Of a DNA stretch of 27,580 bases, positions 14,073 to 23,568 are shown piece after piece. Origin of the DNA: an uncultured archaeon. GTDB lineage: Archaea > Iainarchaeota > Iainarchaeia > Iainarchaeales > DTGL01. How positions within the stretch are numbered: position 1 is the first letter of the stretch; each line of letters opens with the position of its first letter. The stretch lies in assembly GCA_964551725.1 (NCBI GenBank), contig CAZKED010000018.1, positions 1 through 27,580 on the forward strand. Reading direction: 5' to 3'. The translations under genes were made by a program, and so were the position numbers. The notes under the pieces were generated by a model. That model ran no database searches. It had not been told where the DNA came from and saw nothing but the letters and a program-made list of their open reading frames with translations.

Positions 14073-17000
14073 TCAGCTCAGGAAGTATTCCGCGCTTTTC
14101 GGCTCGGGGTCAAGTCCTTTCCTTTTTCTCACTTCCGCGATGACTTCGCTTTGCATTTGCTCAGGCAGCGGCTGGTAATCAAAGAATTCCGCTGTCCATA
14201 TTGCGCGCCCCTGCGTTGCGGACCTTATGGCTGAACTGAAGCCGATGAGTTCTTTTACGGGAGCAACTGCAATAATTATGGTTGTGTCGCCCTCTGTTTT
14301 AATTTCGCTGATTGACGCCCTGCGCTGCTGCAGTTCCCTGCTCACAGCGCCCATGTAATCCTGGGGCACGCTAATGAACATTTTCTGCCTCGGCTCAAGC
14401 AAAACAGGGTCGGAGGAAAGCATGCAGGCATAAACCGTTCTGGTAACAGCCGGCAAAACCTGTGCCGGACCGCGGTGAATTGCATCCTCGTGTAATTTGC
14501 AGTCCTCGAACCTCACTATCAATCCGTAGCATTTCTCTTTTGCCAGCGGTCCTTCATCCATTGCATCCTGGAATGCCTGGCACAGCAGTTCCCTTATTTC
14601 CTGCAACGCCTGCACTCCACGCGTATCATTCACCAGAATGCACTTGTTGTGCACCCACCATGTGCTTTTTGCGTCAGCAGAATGAATGCCCATTTCCTCC
14701 AGCTTCGCCATTTTGTCAGTATCCTTTTTCCTTATTTTTCCCTCCAGGTCGCTTTCTGAAAGCTTTCCCGCGACTTCTTTGGGCATTGGCTCAACGCTTA
14801 ATTTGAACTGGTTGTGCTTGTTGGGGCTTTTCCCCAAATAGCTCGGCGATTCCTTCCTAGTAGTTTCATGGTATACAACAATCGGCTCTCCGACCTGAAT
14901 TGGAACTTTGTGGTCCACTTCAATCCTGTGCCTTGTGACATCCAGGTGCAGTTCGCCCATTCCGCTTAGCAGATGCTCCCCCGTGTCCTGGTTAATGCTT
15001 GCAATGATGTTGGGGTCCTCTTTCGTTATCTGGTTTATTACCTCAATGAGCCTTGGTAAATCCGCGGTTTTCTTTGCCTCAATGCTCACTGTTATCACCG
15101 GTTCAGCGGAACTCTTGAAGGATTCAAAGGGTTCGTTGTCCTCTGAGGAAACCGTTTCGCCGGCAAAAACATCTTTTGTGCCCACGATTGCGACAATGTT
15201 TCCCGCTGTAACCTTTTCAATGTTTACTCTTTCGGGTCCCATGTAAAGCGCAACCTGCTGCACGTTGACATCTCTCCTGGAATTAACAAGCTTTACCTTC
15301 ATTCCCCTTTGTACCGTGCCTCCATAAACCCTGCCTGTTGCTATTTCTCCGGCGTGCGGGTCAACCCTGACATCGGTAACCATCATCATTAAAGGCGCAT
15401 TTTCATTGCATTCAATCATTCCTTTTCCCACTTCGCTTTCCGCGTCACCCTTCCATATCTCCGGAATCCTGTGCTTCTGCGCTGTTTTCGGGTCGGGCAA
15501 TTTTTTAACGACCATTTCAAGAATTGCCTTGTTCAAAGGGCTCTTTTTTGAAAGCTCGCCCTGCTTTTCTTCCTTGCAGTAATTGTAAACGTCCTTGAAA
15601 GAGATGCCTGTTTCCTTCATTCTCGGCACCGACACGGCCCACTTGTAGAGCGCGGAGCCGAAAACAACGCTTCCCTCCTCCACTTTCGCAGCCCATTTCT
15701 CCTTGAACTGCGGAGGGCAGTTCTTTTTTATGAGTATGTTCACCTTCGCAATTGTTTTGAGGAGCTTTTCCTGCATTTCGTTCTCGTTCACTTTCAGTTC
15801 GTTGACCAGCCTGTCAACCTTGTTGACAAAGAGCACGGGTTTGCAGTTCTCCCTCAAGGCCTGCCGTATAACCGTTTCAGTCTGCGGCATCACCCCCTCA
15901 ACCGCGTCCACGAGCACTATAACACCGTCCACTGCACGCATCGCCCTTATCACGTCGCCGCCGAAGTCCACGTGCCCCGGCGTGTCAATGACGTTTATGA
16001 GGTAGTTTTCCCCGGACTGGCTGTAAACAATTGAAATGTTCGCGGACTCAATTGTTATTCCCCTTTCCTGTTCCAGGTCATAGGAATCCATCATTAACTG
16101 CTTCCCCGCGAGTTCCTCGGACATCAATCCTGCTGCAGCGATAAGCGAGTCGGTCATCGTTGTATTGTGCACAATTGTTCCGTTTGCAATAAAATTGTGG
16201 TTTCCATCAACAGTAAAATCGTACACAAATTCTTCCCCTTTCCCCCTTTCAATTCCTTTTATTTGGGCAAAAAATACGCCCTGCAGTTTTTCAAGTTCCT
16301 TCAGTTTTTCATACGCTTTTTTGTCCTTTATTTTTGGGTTTCCAATGTGCTGGCTGAATACATTTATTGCTTTTTCCAAGTGGTTTGAGTAAAGCGGGAT
16401 TCTCCCGCTTTCAATTCCATCGTATGAGGGAAAGAATGCTGACTGCGGAATGCCCAGCCTTTCCCTGATATCCTTTAATATATTCCTGCCTATGGGCACC
16501 AAGTCGGTGTTCTGGTTTGGTGAATTGGAGCGCTTCACGAGCATTTCCAGCCTTTTTTGCTTTTCCCCAAGCCCGAACCCGATTTTTTTGGAGAATTCCC
16601 TCACATTCGTTGCGGAAATGTAGAGCGAGTCTTTCTTTTTTGAATAGGTTGCGATGATTCCAAATTTCAATAAATTGGATTGAAGTTGCTCCAGCATTCT
16701 CTTCGAGGCAGAGCCAATGCTTACAGCGCGCCTTGATTCCTCGACTGTTCCATCTGCATCAAAATACCCCTGAACAAATGCTTTTAACAGTCTTAATTCA
16801 GCTCTTTGAATTTTTTTTGGCACAGTTATTGAATGGGCCTTTTTCTTTAATGGGAATTCAAACATTTTGGCGATTTCAATGAATGTTTTGCCCAAGCCCA
16901 GATAAATCGTTGCTGTCCGGTCTTTGTGCTCTGACACTTTTGCCTTTCTTCCGAAAACTTTTTTTATTATACTTTTCACATTGGATTGGATTTCCCTGCT

Positions 17001-17912
17001 TTTATTGGTTATCCTAATATCCCTGCCGCAATAGCTGCCATCGCCCCATATCAGCCCAAGCAAATAAAAAAATCCTTCAAATTCATTCCTGGTTTTAGGC
17101 GGCTTCAATGGGACAGAATTATGGCCGGGCTTTCTAACGCTTTTCCTATAGTTGATGCTCTCAATGGCATTATATCCTTCTTCAAGCGGTATTTTGAATT
17201 TTTCCAGCAGTGCAGCGAAATCCCTGGCCCTGTACCTGTTGTTTTTCACTCCGGCCCTAAAGCCGTCAAGCGTTAATTTGCTTACAATCTCTTTGTGGAT
17301 TCCTTTCGCATCTTTAATTTTTTTCTTCAATTTTTTCCCGAATAAAGGTCCAAGAGTTATGTAGAAGCCATACTCGTTTTTCAAGGAGCGGAGTATTTCT
17401 TCCTTTAGTTCCCCCAAAGAAAGAGGCGCAAACTCAATTTTTTTGGGGCAAACAATTGATTCGTTCCCACTTAATTCATTTGCCTCTTTCAATTCAAGTT
17501 CCCCGCGCTTATTCAATAGCAAAAAGCGGTGTTCCGGCGTAACTGTTACAGTTCTGCCGGTTGACAGCCGCACTCTGACCAAATCGCTTGTTTTCTTCAT
17601 TTTCCAGGCATGGGTTATTTCCCCTGCCTCCAGCCTTTTTTTCCCCAAATTAAAGGAAATGACCTTTGTTTTTCCCCCGGCTGTTTCAAAAACTCTTTCT
17701 TTTTCACTGTTTTTCACTGGCTTCCCCTTTTTTGACAGTACCCCGAACAACTCTTTCGCACTTATTAGTTCGCCTGTTTCCAAGAAAACCAGGGTATTGC
17801 CGTCGACGCATTTCCCATGGTCAATGTGGGCAACAATCCCTATATTCCTTATTTTGTCCTTTTTGAGCATCATGCTTTCCGCGAGTTTCACCATTTCCTC
17901 TCTTCTGCCCAT
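14073..17912 (-). CDS. fusA: Translation elongation factor EF-2 precursor containing an intein (about 730 aa after splicing)
   Basis: RNIGIVAHIDHGK|intein|TTMTDSL, DTPGHVDF, NKVDR and the diphthamide loop LHEDAIHRG. Start ATG at 17912. Confidence 0.97.
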   Translation of the reverse strand: MGRREEMVKLAESMMLKKDKIRNIGIVAHIDHGKCVDGNTLVFLETGELISAKELFGVLSKKGKPVKNSEKERVFETAGGKTKVISFNLGKKRLEAGEITHAWKMKKTSDLVRVRLSTGRTVTVTPEHRFLLLNKRGELELKEANELSGNESIVCPKKIEFAPLSLGELKEEILRSLKNEYGFYITLGPLFGKKLKKKIKDAKGIHKEIVSKLTLDGFRAGVKNNRYRARDFAALLEKFKIPLEEGYNAIESINYRKSVRKPGHNSVPLKPPKTRNEFEGFFYLLGLIWGDGSYCGRDIRITNKSREIQSNVKSIIKKVFGRKAKVSEHKDRTATIYLGLGKTFIEIAKMFEFPLKKKAHSITVPKKIQRAELRLLKAFVQGYFDADGTVEESRRAVSIGSASKRMLEQLQSNLLKFGIIATYSKKKDSLYISATNVREFSKKIGFGLGEKQKRLEMLVKRSNSPNQNTDLVPIGRNILKDIRERLGIPQSAFFPSYDGIESGRIPLYSNHLEKAINVFSQHIGNPKIKDKKAYEKLKELEKLQGVFFAQIKGIERGKGEEFVYDFTVDGNHNFIANGTIVHNTTMTDSLIAAAGLMSEELAGKQLMMDSYDLEQERGITIESANISIVYSQSGENYLINVIDTPGHVDFGGDVIRAMRAVDGVIVLVDAVEGVMPQTETVIRQALRENCKPVLFVNKVDRLVNELKVNENEMQEKLLKTIAKVNILIKKNCPPQFKEKWAAKVEEGSVVFGSALYKWAVSVPRMKETGISFKDVYNYCKEEKQGELSKKSPLNKAILEMVVKKLPDPKTAQKHRIPEIWKGDAESEVGKGMIECNENAPLMMMVTDVRVDPHAGEIATGRVYGGTVQRGMKVKLVNSRRDVNVQQVALYMGPERVNIEKVTAGNIVAIVGTKDVFAGETVSSEDNEPFESFKSSAEPVITVSIEAKKTADLPRLIEVINQITKEDPNIIASINQDTGEHLLSGMGELHLDVTRHRIEVDHKVPIQVGEPIVVYHETTRKESPSYLGKSPNKHNQFKLSVEPMPKEVAGKLSESDLEGKIRKKDTDKMAKLEEMGIHSADAKSTWWVHNKCILVNDTRGVQALQEIRELLCQAFQDAMDEGPLAKEKCYGLIVRFEDCKLHEDAIHRGPAQVLPAVTRTVYACMLSSDPVLLEPRQKMFISVPQDYMGAVSRELQQRRASISEIKTEGDTTIIIAVAPVKELIGFSSAIRSATQGRAIWTAEFFDYQPLPEQMQSEVIAEVRKRKGLDPEPKSAEYFLS
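16164..17810 (-). mobile_element. Intein (549 aa) with LAGLIDADG homing endonuclease in the EF-2 P-loop
   Basis: N-terminal Cys (CVDGNT), block B TPEH, LAGLIDADG motifs LLGLIWGDG and FVQGYFDADG, block F VYDFTV, C-terminal VHN followed by Thr(+1). Confidence 0.96.
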
Positions 17913-17930
17913 TCTCCCACCAAATTGCAA

Positions 17931-18533
17931 TTACCTGCTGCTCACCGCTATCCTTTCGACCTCGTTCCTTCTTTTCACAGCAGTGCTTTTTGCATTCTCC
18001 TCGCTTGCAAGAATCAGTTCTTCGGCAAGGGCTTCTGCTGCGCTGAGCTTTTTGTTGAAAGAGTTGGTGAATCCCGCCAGAGCCAGGTTTTTAAGCGCTT
18101 CATCCAGTCTGCGCATCGGCGCAACGTCAACGCTCTGGGAATAGCTGATTCCGCCTTTCCTCAGCCGCGTGATATCTTCCCTGGGCGCTGAATTTTCAAC
18201 GGCGCGGACAAGGACTTCGACAGGATTCTTTTTCGTTTTCCTCTCGATTATTTCAAAGGCATTCTCAACGATTTCCATTGCCTGCAGTTTTTTGCCAGTA
18301 GAACCGCGCCCTCTCACGTACTTCCCGCTCAGTTTCCTTTTTCCCTGCCCCGAGCGCATTACTTTGTTCACAAGTCTCTCCACGACCCCTATTTTCGCCT
18401 TCTCAAACCTCTTCTTGGAATTCCTTCCGAAGGAATGGGGAATTTCCCTGCTGTCCAGCAGTATGTATTTCTTGAGCCCCCGGTCTCTTACTTCCACTTC
18501 CGAGGTTTCCCAGCGACCGAACACTTTAGCCAT
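17931..18533 (-). CDS. rpsG: 30S ribosomal protein uS7
   Basis: NPVEVLVRAVENSAPRE, VDVAPMRRLD, EVERIAVSSR. Confidence 0.97.
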   Translation of the reverse strand: MAKVFGRWETSEVEVRDRGLKKYILLDSREIPHSFGRNSKKRFEKAKIGVVERLVNKVMRSGQGKRKLSGKYVRGRGSTGKKLQAMEIVENAFEIIERKTKKNPVEVLVRAVENSAPREDITRLRKGGISYSQSVDVAPMRRLDEALKNLALAGFTNSFNKKLSAAEALAEELILASEENAKSTAVKRRNEVERIAVSSR

Positions 18534-18538
18534 AAATA

Positions 18539-18967
18539 TTACCTCTTTATCTTCTCCTTTTTGCCGGAGCGGAGCATTTCAAGGCTCTGGTTGTTCACCT
18601 TCACAACGCGGTATTTCACTCCCCAGAGGTCGCCTTTCGCCCCTTTCTGCCTGCCGCCTATTCCTTCAACGACAACTTCGTCGTGCTCGTCAATGTACTG
18701 TATTGCGCCGTCCTTCGGTGCCAATGCAGTCAACTGCTTTCCGTTCTTTATCAATTGAACGCGCACGCATTTGCGTATGCCCGAATTGGGCTGCCTTGCG
18801 GTAACGCCGCGCTTTTCTATTACAATGCCCTTTGCCTGCGGCGCTCCCTCGAGCAAATCGTATTTTTCCCGGTGGGGGCGATGCCTTTCCTTGTATTTCC
18901 TGTTCTTCCATTTCCATTTCTGCCTCTCTTCCTCGAGCGTGCGCGCTGCAAATTCTCCTTTTCCCAT
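18539..18967 (-). CDS. rpsL: 30S ribosomal protein uS12
   Basis: [27 protein letters not shown]. Confidence 0.98.
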   Translation of the reverse strand: MGKGEFAARTLEEERQKWKWKNRKYKERHRPHREKYDLLEGAPQAKGIVIEKRGVTARQPNSGIRKCVRVQLIKNGKQLTALAPKDGAIQYIDEHDEVVVEGIGGRQKGAKGDLWGVKYRVVKVNNQSLEMLRSGKKEKIKR

Positions 18968-18972
18968 TGAAA

Positions 18973-19374
18973 TTACCTCAGTTTTATTTCCTGAATATTA
19001 TAATTCCTTTCCGCAATTTTTTTTATTCTATTGAATTTTCTCCTGTTCGAGAGGATTTCCCTTTTGGAGGTTGAATCCAGTCTCAGGTTCAGGGTGCCCT
19101 GCTCTTTTTTCACTTCAATAAATTCCTTTTGCGGGAAAGCCTTTTTAATAAATTCCCCCGCGCCCTCCGTAAAAGAAAGAACTTCCACTTTTTTCCTCAG
19201 TTTCGAGGACAGCCTTTTTATATTGCCTCCCTTTTTTCCGATTGCTCTGCCCATTACATCCTCTTTCACCACAAAAGCGATTGTGTCTCCGTCAATAATG
19301 CAGTCCCTGGGCATTATTCCCGTTGCAGCGGAAAACTCCTTAATGTAAAAAATTTCTTCCTGGGATAACTTCAT
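18973..19374 (-). CDS. nusA: Archaeal NusA-like transcription factor
   Basis: KH motif [12 protein letters not shown] and the conserved position between L30e and S12. Confidence 0.92.
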   Translation of the reverse strand: MKLSQEEIFYIKEFSAATGIMPRDCIIDGDTIAFVVKEDVMGRAIGKKGGNIKRLSSKLRKKVEVLSFTEGAGEFIKKAFPQKEFIEVKKEQGTLNLRLDSTSKREILSNRRKFNRIKKIAERNYNIQEIKLR

Positions 19375-19387
19375 TCAACCACTGCCT

Positions 19388-19690
19388 TCACTGCTTTCTC
19401 ACGGCGCCCAGCACTTTGCTCTTTCCCTCTTCCAGTACAACCATTACAGAAACAGGGAAGGGTTTTCCGCATATGGAGCCCAGCTGCCGGGAGCTCTTCT
19501 TGAGGCAGAGCACTGGAATGCCAGAAATTTTCGCAACGTGCGCTATTCTTTCCCCGTCCGCTTCAGGAATGTTACCGCTCTTTATTACAAGCTTTCCCCT
19601 TCCTTGGAGCAAGCTCAATTCGCTTTCCCTGATACCGAAGCACACCTTTCCGGTGTCAACAGCGCGCCTTATTTCCTTCTCCTTTTCCAT
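19388..19690 (-). CDS. rpl30e: 50S ribosomal protein eL30
   Basis: RAVDTGKV.FG, LGSICGKPFPVS. Start ATG at 19690. Confidence 0.95.
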   Translation of the reverse strand: MEKEKEIRRAVDTGKVCFGIRESELSLLQGRGKLVIKSGNIPEADGERIAHVAKISGIPVLCLKKSSRQLGSICGKPFPVSVMVVLEEGKSKVLGAVRKQ

Positions 19691-19695
19691 GCAGT

Positions 19696-20940
19696 TCACT
19701 CCTTCATTATCAGTTCAACCCTGCCTGTCCCTATTTTAATCGGCTGACCGACAATAATGTTCTCGACAACTCCTTCAAGCGTTTCCCTTTCGCCTATAAA
19801 GGAGGCATTGAGCAAATGCTTAACCGTTTCCTCAAACGCCGCTCTCGCAAAGGGCGAACTCTTTCCGCGCATTATTCCCGTGCGCACTGTTCCCCGGATT
19901 TCCCCGTCCAGGGTAATAACATCGGCCAGGAGAATAATGTGCCTCAGGTCCACGAGAATTCCATTCTCCTCAAGCGTTTTGTGAAGCTCGCTTACTATTG
20001 CTGTTCTGCCGGCTTCAATTCCCAGAACCTTGCTTATCTCCATTATGTCGTTCGTTGTGGTGCGGGTTCCGTCAACCTCCTTCTTCCTAAGAATTGTCTT
20101 GAGGTTTGTTCCCGAGGTCTTTACTATGAATTCCCCGTTTTCCTCGGTTACGATTGTTTTGTCAATTCCCGCGGTGCCCTGAAGCCTCTTCCTCAGCATC
20201 TTAAGCGTTTCATTCCTTATTTTCATAAGCGAGTAATTCTTGGGAAAGCTTATTGCGAGTTTCTTTCCCTTCGACTTTATTTTTCCCTTTTTTGCCATTT
20301 CCTTTACTTTCTTAATCATTTCCTTCCTGTCCAGGTTTTTCTCCGCGATTTTTTCCTCCCTGAGCTCCAGTTCGATGACCTTTTCCTTGAAATCCTCCCT
20401 TGTGGTGAGAATGTCCTCCCCGCGTATGTCAATAAGGCTTTTCGCGAATTCCTCGGCTTTCTTTCTGTCCTTTTTCAGTTCGGCATTCAAATAAATTGTC
20501 ATAGTGGGATACTTTGTCTTGCTTCTCCCGTCCACAATTTCCTCCACGCGCTGTATTCCCGAGCCGACTGAAACCTCTGCTGCACCGGCAAAATGCTTTG
20601 TGCGCAGGGTCAGCTGCGTTCCCGGCTCGCCCATGGACTGCGCGGCAACAATTCCGACCGCTTCGCCCACTTCAGCCAGATTCTTCTCGTACTCCTGTCT
20701 TACGTGCTCTGCGAATTCCTTCGCCTCTTTTTCCTTGAGTTCCTTCCCTTCTATTACTCTGAGCATTTCACTCCATATTTTTTCTGGAAGAATGCCTCTC
20801 TTCAGCCCGAATTTGGATTTTTTTTCCTTGGGGGCTTTCTCTGCTTTTTCCAGTGCCACGGCTTCTCCTTCCTTTCCCGGTTCTGATTCCTCTTTTTTGC
20901 TCACAGCTTTTGTCCTTTTTGTTTTCTTTTTGGCACTCAT
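19696..20940 (-). CDS. rpoA2: DNA-directed RNA polymerase subunit A''
   Basis: [39 protein letters not shown]. Confidence 0.97.
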   Translation of the reverse strand: MSAKKKTKRTKAVSKKEESEPGKEGEAVALEKAEKAPKEKKSKFGLKRGILPEKIWSEMLRVIEGKELKEKEAKEFAEHVRQEYEKNLAEVGEAVGIVAAQSMGEPGTQLTLRTKHFAGAAEVSVGSGIQRVEEIVDGRSKTKYPTMTIYLNAELKKDRKKAEEFAKSLIDIRGEDILTTREDFKEKVIELELREEKIAEKNLDRKEMIKKVKEMAKKGKIKSKGKKLAISFPKNYSLMKIRNETLKMLRKRLQGTAGIDKTIVTEENGEFIVKTSGTNLKTILRKKEVDGTRTTTNDIMEISKVLGIEAGRTAIVSELHKTLEENGILVDLRHIILLADVITLDGEIRGTVRTGIMRGKSSPFARAAFEETVKHLLNASFIGERETLEGVVENIIVGQPIKIGTGRVELIMKE

Positions 20941-20946
20941 TTCACT

Positions 20947-23559
20947 TCACTTCCCCGCTTTTCCCGCTCTCACTCTTGAAAGCGCCCTGTCGATGTCCAC
21001 GCTTTCCCCGCGCTTGCTTTTCATGGGAAACACTCCGTCTTCGCCGTACAGCAACTGCACTATCCTTTTCCCTCCGGCGCGCACGGTGCCGTCGCTCTCA
21101 ATGCTTATGTCCTTAAGCGAGTTGGCGAGCCTCCTGTACAGGTATCCGGAAACCTTTGTGCTTACCCCTGTGTCGACTTCGCCCTGCCTTCCGCCCACAG
21201 AGTGGTAAAAGTATTCCTCTCCGTTCATTCCGTCCATGAAATTGGTGGAAATGAACCCGCCGGCTTTTGCTCCGACGTCATCCTTTTTGCTGAGCGCAAT
21301 AAGCCTTTTTGAGAACCCTCTCTTGGGTCTTCCTTCCCTGACAGACGCCTGTCCCCACAAGCCGCTTATGTTCACGAGGTTAATGCTGGAACCGCGCGAA
21401 CCGGAAACAATCATGATTATTGTGTTGAGTTCCGGCTTTTCCAGTGTTACGTTCTGGAGTTTTTCTCTCATTATCTCCCTTTCCACTTTTCCTTTTATTT
21501 CCGAGGTTAAGCGCATCATTTTTATTTCAAAGCTCTCGTGCCTGTTCCTTCCGGGAATCAACTGCAGGGTTTTTTCCCTGTATTTCTTCACAAGCTTTTC
21601 GGCTTTCTTCATTCCTTCGCGTATTGCCTCCTCCTTTATCTTCCTGACTCTCTCGCTAACCTCGTATTCATCCAGCCCTACGGTAAGCCCTTTCACCGTG
21701 AGAAGGTCGGAATTAATCCTGCTCATTTTATCGTAAAAGTTGGTAATCACTTCGGCGGGATACTCCCTTGCAAGCGCGTCCACGAGTTTCCCCCTTCCCT
21801 CCCCCAGGGAATTCTCGTCAATTATTCCTCTCACGAGCACTCCTTTCTTTATTTCAACGCAGTAAGGGCATTTTTCGCCGGCACACCTGTAGTTGGGGTC
21901 GGATTTTTCCATTACCTCGCATGTCTTGGATTTATAGGAAAGGTCCAAGTCCTCTGGAAGCAGCTGGCTGAAAATGAGCTTTCCCGAATAATTATCCCCT
22001 TTGTCGGGCTTTGGGAATTCCTCAAGCCCTATTTCGTAAAAGTACTGCATTGCCTTTTCTTTGGGAATGCAGGTCTGTTCCATAGTGAGAACGTATGCGC
22101 CGGTGATTCCGTCCTCGTCAAGGATGATAATAGGAGCACCGTACCTCGGGCTCAGAATCTGGTTCTGCACAAACATTAACTCCTTTGCTTCGGCCTGCCC
22201 TTCCTCGGTCTGCGGCACATGCAGGTTCATTTCGTCCCCGTCAAAATCCGCGTTGTACGGCTTGCACACGATGGGGTTTATTTTAAGCGTTTTCTGGGGC
22301 ATTACCCTGGCTTTGTGGGCAAGCATTGAAAGCCTGTGCAGTGAAGGCTGCCTGTTGAAAAGAACTATGTCACCGTCCTGCAGCATTCTCTCGATTACAT
22401 ACCCCGCTTCGAGTTCCTTTGCGACATCCTGCACGTTCTCCTCGGTTATTCTCTTCCTCATTCCATCAGGCCGCGTAATTGAGAGTATTTTTCCCTCTTT
22501 CACGAGTTCCTTGAGCCTCTTTTTGTTCCAGTCGGTAACACGCTCGGATACAGTAAGCTCCTGTGCAATGGTTTCAGGCACTCCCACTTCATTTATTGAA
22601 ATGTAGGGATCAGGGCTGATGGTTGACCTTGCGGCATAATTCACCCTTTTTCCCGTCAGATTGTGCCTGAACCTGCCCTTCTTTCCCTTCAGCCTCTGGG
22701 TAATCGTGCGCAGCGGTCTTCCCGAGCGGTGCTTTGCCGGAGGCACTCCTGCAATCTGGTTGTCAAAATAAGTGGTAACATGGTACTGGAGCAAATCCCA
22801 CAAGTCCTCAATAATGAGCTGCGGCGCCCCGGCGTCAATGTTGTCCTTTAACCTTGCATTGATCCTTATAATGTCCACGAGCTTGTGCGTAAGGTCGTCC
22901 TCGGATTTAACGCCGCTTTCAAGCGTAATGCTCGGTCTTATCGTTATAGGCGGGACAGGCAAAACAGTGAGCACAAACCATTCCGGTCTTATGAGCTTTG
23001 TGTTGTATCCGAAAAGTTCCAGGTCTGCATCTGGAATTTTTTCCAGCCAGTCCCTTATTTCATTCGGGTAAATCCTTTCCTTGTTGAGATAGAAGTTTGT
23101 CGGCTTGTCGAGCATTACCTTTCCCTTCATTGCGCCGCAGTAAGGACAGCGCTTCTTCTTCCTCGCCTTTGATTTGATTTTCTTCACCACTTCCTCGGTT
23201 TCCGCAAACCCCTCTCTCAGCGCCGCAATCTCCTTCTCCTCAAGCAAAACCCTGCCGCATTCCTGGCACGTGCTGTGGAGCAGTTCCTCTATTTTTTTGC
23301 TGAATTTTGCGTGAATGACCGAGCGGGTCATTTCAAAAGAGCCGAAATGCCCCGGGCAATGCTTCATTGTCTGCCCGCAGGTCTTGCACCTCAGCCCGGG
23401 ATTGATTACCCCGAGGTGCGGGTCCATAAGCCCTTCTTCCATTGGATAGCCGTCTTTGTCGTAGGTGTCAGCTGCCTTGATTTCAATAGCGCTCATTTTC
23501 CTTATCGTTTTCGGGTCCAGCACCCTGAAATCAATTGAGCCGATTTTCTTCTGCAGCAT
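20947..23559 (-). CDS. rpoA1: DNA-directed RNA polymerase subunit A'
   Basis: Catalytic YNADFDGDEMN, CPGHFG, NRQPSLH. Confidence 0.98.
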   Translation of the reverse strand: MLQKKIGSIDFRVLDPKTIRKMSAIEIKAADTYDKDGYPMEEGLMDPHLGVINPGLRCKTCGQTMKHCPGHFGSFEMTRSVIHAKFSKKIEELLHSTCQECGRVLLEEKEIAALREGFAETEEVVKKIKSKARKKKRCPYCGAMKGKVMLDKPTNFYLNKERIYPNEIRDWLEKIPDADLELFGYNTKLIRPEWFVLTVLPVPPITIRPSITLESGVKSEDDLTHKLVDIIRINARLKDNIDAGAPQLIIEDLWDLLQYHVTTYFDNQIAGVPPAKHRSGRPLRTITQRLKGKKGRFRHNLTGKRVNYAARSTISPDPYISINEVGVPETIAQELTVSERVTDWNKKRLKELVKEGKILSITRPDGMRKRITEENVQDVAKELEAGYVIERMLQDGDIVLFNRQPSLHRLSMLAHKARVMPQKTLKINPIVCKPYNADFDGDEMNLHVPQTEEGQAEAKELMFVQNQILSPRYGAPIIILDEDGITGAYVLTMEQTCIPKEKAMQYFYEIGLEEFPKPDKGDNYSGKLIFSQLLPEDLDLSYKSKTCEVMEKSDPNYRCAGEKCPYCVEIKKGVLVRGIIDENSLGEGRGKLVDALAREYPAEVITNFYDKMSRINSDLLTVKGLTVGLDEYEVSERVRKIKEEAIREGMKKAEKLVKKYREKTLQLIPGRNRHESFEIKMMRLTSEIKGKVEREIMREKLQNVTLEKPELNTIIMIVSGSRGSSINLVNISGLWGQASVREGRPKRGFSKRLIALSKKDDVGAKAGGFISTNFMDGMNGEEYFYHSVGGRQGEVDTGVSTKVSGYLYRRLANSLKDISIESDGTVRAGGKRIVQLLYGEDGVFPMKSKRGESVDIDRALSRVRAGKAGK

Positions 23560-23568
23560 TCATTCCAC

